From Ilumatobacteraceae bacterium (GTDB taxonomy: Bacteria > Actinomycetota > Acidimicrobiia > Acidimicrobiales > Ilumatobacteraceae), in contig JANOCR010000063.1 in assembly GCA_031412355.1 (NCBI GenBank), forward strand, positions 1 through 63,759: a stretch of 63,759 bases of DNA. The letters are read 5' to 3'. The translations under genes were made by a program, and so were the position numbers. The notes beneath the pieces are model-generated. The model saw only the letters and a list, made by a program, of their open reading frames with translations, was not told the DNA's origin and searched no databases. Shown in pieces: positions 17,745 through 25,208 of this stretch. Within the stretch, counting starts at the first letter, position 1, and every line of letters starts with the position of its first letter.

Positions 17745-18914
17745 GTGGAGCGGAGTGAGTGGCCTGACGATGACGCGGCTGGCGACGGCGCATACCCCCC
17801 CGCTCCCCTGCCCGCTCACGAACGTGCATGGCGGCATCCGTCCGAGTTGGGCCGGACGGTGTGGACCCACTCCGAGCCCCCGATCACGATCGGGCGCGGC
17901 CTACTGGTGACCACGGGGGCCATCGGCGGTTTGCTATCGCTGGCCGTGCTGTGGGCCATGTTGCCGTCTGCTGGTCGGGGCGGCTTTGCTGCGCCGGCCG
18001 CAGTCACCAGCACCGCCAATGAACTGGGGCCGTTCGTCACCGCCCGCGCCGACACGCTGGTGGCCACATCGGTCGACCCACGCGTGCCCTCGACCACATT
18101 GCGCACCGGCTCGCTGGTTGCACCTGCGTCGCAGCAGACCTCGACCACCACGAACTCGACCCGCCCAGTGGCGACTGTGGGCACGCAAGCTGCTTCCGTC
18201 GAACTGGCTCCCGTTGCCGTGGGCATCGGGGACTCGCTGGTCGTCACCACGGCGCGGGCGGTACGCGGACGCAGCGTCATCACCATCACCGGCGCAGACG
18301 GGCAGCCGCACGATGCCACGGTTCTGATGGTCGATCGCGTCCTCGGGCTGGCGCTGTTGTCTGCCGATGTCGCCGCAATGACCACCTCGTACGGCATCGG
18401 TCCGGCGGTCAACCCAGGCGACGTGGTCACGGTGGTCGGCTCGACGTCGACCTCCGCCAACGTCATCCTCGATGCCGACGGCCATCTCACCCTCGACTGG
18501 TGGGGCGGATCCATGGCAGAAGGAACGCCGGTGTTGAACGCCGATGGCCAGTTGGTCGGGATGTGCAGTCGCGGCTCATTCGGCACCGAGTTGGTCAGCG
18601 TTCTCAACGTCGCTGCCATGCTGCCGCCCGCCAAAGCGGCTAAACCGGCACCGTGGCTGGGAGTTCATGGCGTCGATGGCGAAGGCGGGCTCACGGTCGA
18701 TGGCGTCGATCCGAACGGCCCGGCGGCCGCAGTCGGCGTCATCGCCGGCGACGTCATCGCCGCAGTCGACGGCATCGCTGTCACCACGGTCGACGGGATG
18801 AAAGCCGTCATTGCCCAGCACGCCCCCGACGACGTCGTCATCCTCACCGTCACCCACGCCGATCTGACTGCGGTCGATGTGGCGGTCACACTCGGCACCG
18901 CACCGTCGATGTAG
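17745..18914 (+). CDS. membrane-anchored HtrA-like protein with C-terminal PDZ domain; protease triad apparently degenerate
   Basis: It has an N-terminal Pro-rich cytoplasmic segment, one TM segment (LLVTTGAIGGLLSLAVLWAML), a trypsin-fold-like middle region, and a PDZ domain (LGVHGVDGEGGLTVDGVDPNGPAAAVGVIAGDVI). Confidence 0.65.
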   Translation: MERSEWPDDDAAGDGAYPPAPLPAHERAWRHPSELGRTVWTHSEPPITIGRGLLVTTGAIGGLLSLAVLWAMLPSAGRGGFAAPAAVTSTANELGPFVTARADTLVATSVDPRVPSTTLRTGSLVAPASQQTSTTTNSTRPVATVGTQAASVELAPVAVGIGDSLVVTTARAVRGRSVITITGADGQPHDATVLMVDRVLGLALLSADVAAMTTSYGIGPAVNPGDVVTVVGSTSTSANVILDADGHLTLDWWGGSMAEGTPVLNADGQLVGMCSRGSFGTELVSVLNVAAMLPPAKAAKPAPWLGVHGVDGEGGLTVDGVDPNGPAAAVGVIAGDVIAAVDGIAVTTVDGMKAVIAQHAPDDVVILTVTHADLTAVDVAVTLGTAPSM

Positions 18915-18923
18915 ACCGATGGC

Positions 18924-19047
18924 CCCGGCCCGGTGTGAGTCTGGTGTTAACGCCAGCGCGCGATCGGACTCACGGCTCCACGATGCCCGGCCCAGTGTGA
19001 GTCCGGTGTCACCGCCAGCGCGCGATCGGACTCACAGTTCGACGAAG
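18924..19047. repeat. tandem pair of 62-bp elements, each containing a hairpin (GTGAGTC(CG)...(CG)GACTCAC)
   Basis: Copy 1 is 18924-18985 and copy 2 is 18986-19047, with about 8 mismatches in 62. The copy 2 stem is 18997-19005 / 19027-19035 (9 bp). A third partial start follows (ccggacccgtgg). The pair lies between convergent gene ends. Confidence 0.8.
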
Positions 19048-19071
19048 CCGGACCCGTGGCTGGCAGGCTGA

Positions 19072-20046
19072 CTAGCGGGCCGAGCGGCGACGCTGGGCGC
19101 GGCGAACGCCTCGCCACACCCCGATGCCGATGGCAACAAGCAACGTGGCGAGGCCTCCGAGAGCGATCTCCTGCCTGCGCTTCGGCGTGACCATGGTCCA
19201 CCACTTCGCCTCGGTGCCCTCGACGTAGGCCTGTTCGTTGGTCACCGTTGGTGCCCAGCCCTCGGCCTTCAACCTGTCGTTGGCCACTAGCCACGACCAA
19301 CGCGTGTAGCTGCGCAGGCCTGGTGGGATGGGTCCGCGCTGGAACCGCCACCGCATGTTGCTGATGACTTCGGTCAGCCGGTCGGGCAGCTTCAGCCGCG
19401 GCACCGCACCGGCGAGCGCGCGGACCCGCTCGCCGGCTATCCACCCGTCGGGCGCAACGTTGTAGACGCCGTCGAGTCGCTGTTCAGCCGCCATCACCAC
19501 AGCACAGGCCAGATCGTCGAGATGAAGGAACTGCGCGGGGGGATCGTCCTCGCCGAAGCGCTGGCCCATGCCGGCGGCCAACGCCGCGGCAAGCCCGACT
19601 GTGCTGCCCGCGGCCATCGCAACCGCGGGGCGTAGCACGGTGACGGTGCGATCGGGTTCCGCGAGCCGCCATTCGTCGGCCAACTGCTCGACCGCGCCGA
19701 GTTGACGGGCGTACACGAATTCGACATCGGGTCGCAGCACGGCCTCTTCGGTGATCGGGACCGGGTTGTTGGCCCAGGCTCCGTACACCATCGCCGACGA
19801 AACCAGCACGAGGTGCCGGGCGTGACGGGCCTCGTCCAACGCAGCAGTCACACCTTCTGTCGCGCTCTGCCGGCGGCGAGCCCGAGCGTCGGCATCGGCC
19901 GATGCCAGCCACACAACGACATCGCAATCCGCGACGTCGCCCCGCACGAGATGGTCGTTGCCGCTCAGGCGGTTGATCACGCGCTGACCGAGCCCGGCGG
20001 AGCCGTCACTGACCCAGACTGCGGTTGTCGTCGAGGCGACGGTCAT
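19072..20046 (-). CDS. NAD-dependent epimerase/dehydratase (extended SDR) family protein with C-terminal TM segment
   Basis: VWVSDGSAGLGQRV is a Rossmann-like N-terminus with a degenerate GxxGxxG. The C-terminal hydrophobic segment is IALGGLATLLVAIGIGVW. Confidence 0.65.
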   Translation of the reverse strand: MTVASTTTAVWVSDGSAGLGQRVINRLSGNDHLVRGDVADCDVVVWLASADADARARRRQSATEGVTAALDEARHARHLVLVSSAMVYGAWANNPVPITEEAVLRPDVEFVYARQLGAVEQLADEWRLAEPDRTVTVLRPAVAMAAGSTVGLAAALAAGMGQRFGEDDPPAQFLHLDDLACAVVMAAEQRLDGVYNVAPDGWIAGERVRALAGAVPRLKLPDRLTEVISNMRWRFQRGPIPPGLRSYTRWSWLVANDRLKAEGWAPTVTNEQAYVEGTEAKWWTMVTPKRRQEIALGGLATLLVAIGIGVWRGVRRAQRRRSAR

Positions 20047-20089
20047 GACGACGGACGCTAGCGCCGACGCAGGCCGTAGGCTCGCGTGC

Positions 20090-21283
20090 ATGTCAGACGG
20101 ACCAGGGTCCGACAACCCGTTCGAGAACCTCCCCTTGTTCGGCGATCTGGCCCGGGCGTTGTCGGGTCAGGGGCCGCTCAATTGGGACGCGGCACGGCAG
20201 TTCGCCGGGTTAGCCGCTACCGGCGGCGCGGCCGAGGTCAACATCGATCCGACCGTACGCATCAAGTTCGGTGAACTGGCCCAGATTGCCGAACTGCACG
20301 TGCGCGACCTCACCGGCTTCGACGGTCCGTCCCCGGAGGTCGTTCCGGTCACGTCCGGAGCATGGGCACAACGAACACTCGAGGCCTACCGGCCGTTGTT
20401 CACCGAGTTGGCCACATCTCTCGGCCAACCGGTTGCGCCGTCCGACGCCGATGCGATGGAGACCAACGCCGATCCGATGATGGCAATGATGGCCAACCTC
20501 AGCAAGATGATGGCTCCGTCGATGATGGGCATGGCAGTGGGTTCGATGGTCGGACGCATGGCCACACAGGCCTTCGGGCAGTACGACCTCCCGATCCCGC
20601 GCCAAGACGCAAGTCTCACCGTCCTGCCGGGCAACATCGACCGGTTCGCGGCTGAATGGAGCATCGCGGCCGACGAGATGCGGATGTGGGTGCTAGCCCA
20701 GGAGCTCACCGGGCACGCGTTGTTCTCGATCGCGTCGTTGCGCGAAGACTTCGCCTCGCTGGTGCGCCGGCATGTCGGTGCCTTCCGAGCCGACCCCGAG
20801 GCGATCGCCGAGAAGCTGTCGTCGCTCGACACCGACGATTCGGATCCGATGCAGGCCATGCAGCAGGTGCTCAGCGACCCTGCTGTGTTGCTCGGAGCGG
20901 TGCAATCACCCGAGCAGCGCGAGCTCGAGCCGTCACTCGACGCGGCCGCTGCGGCGGTGATCGGCTACGTCGACTACATGGTCGACGGTGTGTCGGTACG
21001 CGTGATCGGAGGCGACGCCCTGCGCATCGCCGAGGCCGTCAGGCGTCGCCGGGTCGATCACAACTCGGACGACCTCTACATCGAGCGGCTACTGGGCTTG
21101 CGCCTGACTCACCAGCAGGTGCAGCGCGGCAAAAACTTCATCGGTGGTGTCGTCGATCGCGTCGGCGAGGCACGGCTCAGTGTGCTTCTCGCCCGCCCGA
21201 AGGCCTTGCCGACCCCGGCTGAGATCGACGCGCCCGGCTTGTGGGTGGCGCGCCTCGAGTTGCCCGGCGATGAGTTGTCGTAG
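20090..21283 (+). CDS. DUF2342-family protein (putative zinc-dependent metalloprotease type)
   Basis: The N-terminus NPFENLPLFGDLARAL...GPLNWDAARQFA and the overall pattern match the actinobacterial DUF2342 family as I remember it. Confidence 0.7.
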   Translation: MSDGPGSDNPFENLPLFGDLARALSGQGPLNWDAARQFAGLAATGGAAEVNIDPTVRIKFGELAQIAELHVRDLTGFDGPSPEVVPVTSGAWAQRTLEAYRPLFTELATSLGQPVAPSDADAMETNADPMMAMMANLSKMMAPSMMGMAVGSMVGRMATQAFGQYDLPIPRQDASLTVLPGNIDRFAAEWSIAADEMRMWVLAQELTGHALFSIASLREDFASLVRRHVGAFRADPEAIAEKLSSLDTDDSDPMQAMQQVLSDPAVLLGAVQSPEQRELEPSLDAAAAAVIGYVDYMVDGVSVRVIGGDALRIAEAVRRRRVDHNSDDLYIERLLGLRLTHQQVQRGKNFIGGVVDRVGEARLSVLLARPKALPTPAEIDAPGLWVARLELPGDELS

Positions 21284-22442
21284 CCGTCGATCCACCGCGC
21301 GACCGTGACCGCAGGCGCGACGCCCGGGTGTACAGCACCACCGCCAACGACCCGATCAGCCCAACGGCAAGGAACGCGACGCGCCCTGGGAACGTCACGA
21401 TCACGGGGATGACACCAGCGACGGCCCACGACAACTGAAAGCGGGTCTCGAACTTGGCAAAGGCCCGTCCCTGATTTGCGTCGGGTGCGTCGCGTTGCAC
21501 GATCGAATCGAACGCCATGCGCCCGATACCCGATGCAAGGTTGACGACCGCAGCGAGCACGATCGCCGCGCCGACACCGCCGAACACCGCAGCCCCGATG
21601 CCGCTGATGGCGATCAGGACGATCGCGGTCGTCAGCATCAATTCCTCCCGAAGCCGGTTGCGCAGCGGCGCGGCAAGCCCGTTCCCGAGCATGAGCCCCA
21701 CGGTGGAGGCACCGATGACTGCGCCGATCCACAGGTTGCTGTAGTTGTTCTCGCGCAGCCAGAACAGCAGCTCGAAGAACAGGAACCCGATCACAGCGCG
21801 GATCAGGCTCATGGCCACTGCGGCGGAGCGCAGCGATGCGTTGCGCAGTTCCAGGCGTTCAGCGGGTTGCACCGATGGCGCGACCGATCCGCGGGGCAGA
21901 CGCGACGCTGAGATCACAGCGCAAGCGAACATCACGATGCCGAACACCAGCGACAACTTCGGCGAGATCGCTGCCAACCCACCGGCGGGGGCCGCGGCGA
22001 GCGCGCCGGTGGCCCCCGAGATCAGTCCGAGTTTGGAGTTGGCCTCGACCAACTCTGTCTTGCTGTTGACCACAGTTGGGATCAGCGCAGAACGCGACAC
22101 GCCGTATGTCTTCTGAAGGACCATCACGCCGAATGACAGCGGGAACAGCAACAGATCGTCGAGATGAAAGATCATCACTGCAAACAGCAGCGCCCGACCG
22201 ACGGCCGTCAGCTGGATGATCAACCGCCGGCCGCCTGGTGCCCGATCGATGAACGGCCCGATCAGCGGGGCGACGACGGCAAAGGGGGCAAAGCTGACCA
22301 ACAGGTAGAGCAGCACCTTGCTGCGCGCCGCGTCGGGGCTGATCGAAAAGAACAGCGACCCCGCGAGCGACACCACCATGGCCACGTCCCCCGCCGTGCT
22401 GAGCGCGTGGGTTCGCGCCAATCTCCGGAACGGCGACACCAT
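21177..22442 (-). CDS. MFS transporter
   Basis: It has about 12 hydrophobic segments and is Gly/Ala/Leu-rich. ATG at 22442 is chosen. Its Arg/Ser-rich C-terminal tail overlaps the 3' end of the convergent gene by 107 nt. Confidence 0.7.
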   Translation of the reverse strand: MVSPFRRLARTHALSTAGDVAMVVSLAGSLFFSISPDAARSKVLLYLLVSFAPFAVVAPLIGPFIDRAPGGRRLIIQLTAVGRALLFAVMIFHLDDLLLFPLSFGVMVLQKTYGVSRSALIPTVVNSKTELVEANSKLGLISGATGALAAAPAGGLAAISPKLSLVFGIVMFACAVISASRLPRGSVAPSVQPAERLELRNASLRSAAVAMSLIRAVIGFLFFELLFWLRENNYSNLWIGAVIGASTVGLMLGNGLAAPLRNRLREELMLTTAIVLIAISGIGAAVFGGVGAAIVLAAVVNLASGIGRMAFDSIVQRDAPDANQGRAFAKFETRFQLSWAVAGVIPVIVTFPGRVAFLAVGLIGSLAVVLYTRASRLRSRSRGGSTATTTHRRATRGAPPTSRARRSQPGSARPSGGREAH

Positions 22443-22535
22443 CGGCCCCGTCGGGGGTGGCGTTACTGGAGGGCGCCGGGCACTTGCCACGCTGGCATGG
22501 TAGAGCCACCCCACCCTTGTCCGAGTGCTTGGCGC

Positions 22536-23252
22536 CTACACGTCCTTGGACCGGTCGAACTTGTAACCGAGGCCGCGGTAGGTGATGATCCGCGTCGGGT
22601 TGGTCGGGTTTGGTTCGACCTTGGCGCGCAGCCGCTTGATGTGCACATCGAGGGTCTTGGTGTCGCCGACGTAGTCGCTGCCCCACACCCTGTCGATCAA
22701 GGTCTCGCGAGGCAGCACACGCCCGGCGTTGGCCAGTAACAGGTGCAGCAGTTCGAACTCCTTCAACGGCAGCGCCACCTCGACGCCATCGATGGTCACA
22801 CGATGTTCGTCGGGGTCGAGCACGACATCGCCGACAGCCAGCGAGCCAGGCGAGAGGCTGGCCGCGCTGCTCGCAAGGTCCGACGGTGACCGGCGCAGCA
22901 CAGCGCGCATGCGAGCGACGACCTCGCGCATGCGATACGGCTTGGTGATGTAATCGTCCGCTCCCACTTCGAGCCCGACGACAGTGTCGATCTCGGCACC
23001 CTTGGCCGTCACCATGATGATCGGCACCTGACTTCGCTTGCGCAGTTGCCTGCACACGTCGATCCCGCTGAGACGGGGCAACATCACGTCGAGCAGAACG
23101 ATGTCGGGCTGCACCTCGTCGAACTGCTGAACAGCTTCGAATCCGTCACCCACCGAGACGACGCGGAAGCCTTCGCGGGTGAGCCCGATCGTGAGAGCCT
23201 CGACGAAGCTTGGTTCGTCTTCAACGACGAGAACGACAGGTTGGGTCGTCAT
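22536..23252 (-). CDS. regX3: OmpR/PhoB-family response regulator (RegX3-like)
   Basis: The receiver domain reads VLVVEDE...DIVLLDVMLP..SG...MVTAKG. A winged-helix C-terminus (TLDVHIKRLRAKVE, YRGLGYKF) follows. The start overlaps the kinase stop (ATGA). Confidence 0.85.
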   Translation of the reverse strand: MTTQPVVLVVEDEPSFVEALTIGLTREGFRVVSVGDGFEAVQQFDEVQPDIVLLDVMLPRLSGIDVCRQLRKRSQVPIIMVTAKGAEIDTVVGLEVGADDYITKPYRMREVVARMRAVLRRSPSDLASSAASLSPGSLAVGDVVLDPDEHRVTIDGVEVALPLKEFELLHLLLANAGRVLPRETLIDRVWGSDYVGDTKTLDVHIKRLRAKVEPNPTNPTRIITYRGLGYKFDRSKDV

Positions 23253-24310
23253 GCGTCTCTCGTTGGGATTCGAATCGTGAACACCGAGCCCTCGCCTTCG
23301 CGGGATTGAACAGTGACCTCTCCCGCATGATTCGTCGCCACGTGGCGAACGATCGACAGGCCGAGCCCGGTTCCCCCGGTGTCGCGACTGCGGGCCCGAT
23401 CGACTCGGTAGAACCGTTCGAAGACCCGGTCGATGTCGCGGGCTGGTATGCCGACGCCCGTGTCGGTCACGACGATCTCGATCCAGCCGTTGACCCGTCG
23501 CGACTCGACGACCACCTCGGATCCGGTGTCGCTGTACTTGACCGCGTTCTCCAGCAGGTTGGCTACGGCCGAGACCAACTGGCGGTGGCTCCCCAGCACA
23601 TGGAGGTCGACCGTCTCGTTCCTGACGATCACGCTGATCGAGTGGTGCTCGGCCGCCGCTTGCGCCCGGCCGACAGCATCGTCGATCACCTGGGCGATCG
23701 AGACCGCATCGGAGGCCGCAGCGCCTCCGAGCTCGGTCCGTGACAGTTCCAGCAGATCGTCGATGGTGCGCGCCGCCCGATGTGCTTCGCCGACCATCTT
23801 GTCGGCAAGACGTCGTGCAGCAGCCGGGTCGTCGATATCGGCCAACGCCTCGGCCAGCACGGCGAGCGCGCCGACCGGGGTCTTCAGCTCGTGGCTGATG
23901 TTGGCGACGAAGTCGGTACGAACCGCGTCGAGACGGGCCCGCTCGCTGACATCGTCGATCGTCACAAGGGCACCGCCCTCCTCGAGGGGCATGGCGTGAA
24001 TGGCCAGCACGGTGCGCGGTGGCCCGATGAACTCGACGTTCTGACCGCTCGCATGACCACGAATGGCACGGCGAACATGGCGCTCGACCGCCTCCTCCAC
24101 GAGCACCGCGGCGTGGCCGTGATGGGTGTGCGCGGCGACGTTCTCAACCCTGGTCCGTCCGGTCGGGTCTGTCAGGACCACCCCGATAGGAAGTGCATCG
24201 AGCGCCCGCCTGAGCTGCAGCACTTCGGCTTCCAACTGGGCTGCCGAGTGCTGCATGGTCTCAGTCGGTGCTTCGGCAGCTTTCGGGCGACGACGACGAA
24301 AAGTCATCAC
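23249..24310 (-). CDS. senX3: sensor histidine kinase (SenX3-like), PAS + HisKA + HATPase, with no predicted TM segment
   Basis: H-box FVANISHELKTPV, N-box LLENAVKYS and G-boxes DTGVGIP / GGTGLGLSIV are present. The N-terminal 100 aa are hydrophilic with a PAS-like fold (LPIGVVLTDPTG). Confidence 0.8.
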   Translation of the reverse strand: MMTFRRRRPKAAEAPTETMQHSAAQLEAEVLQLRRALDALPIGVVLTDPTGRTRVENVAAHTHHGHAAVLVEEAVERHVRRAIRGHASGQNVEFIGPPRTVLAIHAMPLEEGGALVTIDDVSERARLDAVRTDFVANISHELKTPVGALAVLAEALADIDDPAAARRLADKMVGEAHRAARTIDDLLELSRTELGGAAASDAVSIAQVIDDAVGRAQAAAEHHSISVIVRNETVDLHVLGSHRQLVSAVANLLENAVKYSDTGSEVVVESRRVNGWIEIVVTDTGVGIPARDIDRVFERFYRVDRARSRDTGGTGLGLSIVRHVATNHAGEVTVQSREGEGSVFTIRIPTRDA

Positions 24311-25053
24311 GGCGTGTGTTCACCGTCGGCGATGCTTGCCATTCGCGGCAGCTCACCGGTGTCGTCGGTGCGCGAGCGGTAGCGCTGCCCACCATGGTGC
24401 TCCGGCAACCATCCGGTGATCACGAACCGCACGCGCTCGCCGACATTGACGGCGTGATCACCGATCCGCTCGTAGAACCTCGCAACGACCGCCAGTTGCA
24501 CCGCAACCTGCAGATCGATTCGGCCCGCGGCATGGCTCTCGAAGATCGCCTGCACGAACTGCTTCTGCAAACCGTCGAGGTACGAATCCATGTCGTCGAT
24601 TGCGGCTGCCTTCGCCGCGTCGTTCTCGACGAAGGACTCGATGGCGGCGGTGTACAACTGCTGCGCCTGCTCGCCCATCCTCGAGATGATGCCGCGCAGC
24701 TTGGGATCGAGATCGTGCCCGTAGATTCGCCGCGCTGCCTTGCAGATGTTGCATACGAGATCGGCGGAGCGTTCGACATCGGCGATCATCTTCAGCAGGG
24801 CCACAACTTGGCGCAGGTCGCTGGCAACCGGTGCTTGTAGGGCGAGCATCCGATAGCAGCGCTCCTCGAGCTCAAGCGAGCGCGCATCGATCTCGTCGTC
24901 GCCTTGGATGATGTAGTCGGCGCCTTCGAGATCGCCGTCGAGCAGGACGGCGGTTGCCCGGGGGATCGCCTCGGTGACCGACGCGGCCAGACGCACCAAT
25001 TCGGCGCGGGCCTCGTCGAGATCGTGGTGGAAGCCCTTGCGAAGTTCGTCCAT
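24307..25053 (-). CDS. phoU: phosphate signalling complex protein PhoU
   Basis: It has a two-repeat PhoU architecture with DDEID and ERIGDHAVNV motifs. ATG at 25053 is the start. The stop overlaps the senX3 start. Confidence 0.85.
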   Translation of the reverse strand: MDELRKGFHHDLDEARAELVRLAASVTEAIPRATAVLLDGDLEGADYIIQGDDEIDARSLELEERCYRMLALQAPVASDLRQVVALLKMIADVERSADLVCNICKAARRIYGHDLDPKLRGIISRMGEQAQQLYTAAIESFVENDAAKAAAIDDMDSYLDGLQKQFVQAIFESHAAGRIDLQVAVQLAVVARFYERIGDHAVNVGERVRFVITGWLPEHHGGQRYRSRTDDTGELPRMASIADGEHTP

Positions 25054-25159
25054 CAGCCGATCCCTCCAGTGCCTTGCATGGTCACTCGTCGCAGAACGGT
25101 AGTTGGAAAACGGCGAGGCAACATCCAGCGACAAGCTAGAAGCAGGAGGTGTCGCTCAA

Positions 25160-25187
25160 CCTGAACTTCGATGAACGACAGGTGAAC
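25160..25187 (-). promoter_or_regulatory. PHO-box-like direct repeats (three GTTCA-containing units at 10-11 bp spacing) upstream of phoU-senX3-regX3
   Basis: The minus strand reads GTTCACC (25187-25181), GTTCATC (25176-25170) and GTTCAGG (25166-25160). These lie 107-134 nt upstream of the phoU ATG. The function is inferred. Confidence 0.4.
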
Positions 25188-25208
25188 AGAGGGCAAACGC
25201 AGTGGAAA

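Noticed and set aside
20044-20047. Divergent genes sharing overlapping ATG codons (minus-strand ATG 20046-20044, plus-strand ATG 20045-20047)
   Set aside because: The plus-strand gene more plausibly starts at ATG 20090 (MSDGPGSDNPFENL..., family-typical), leaving a normal 43-bp divergent spacer.
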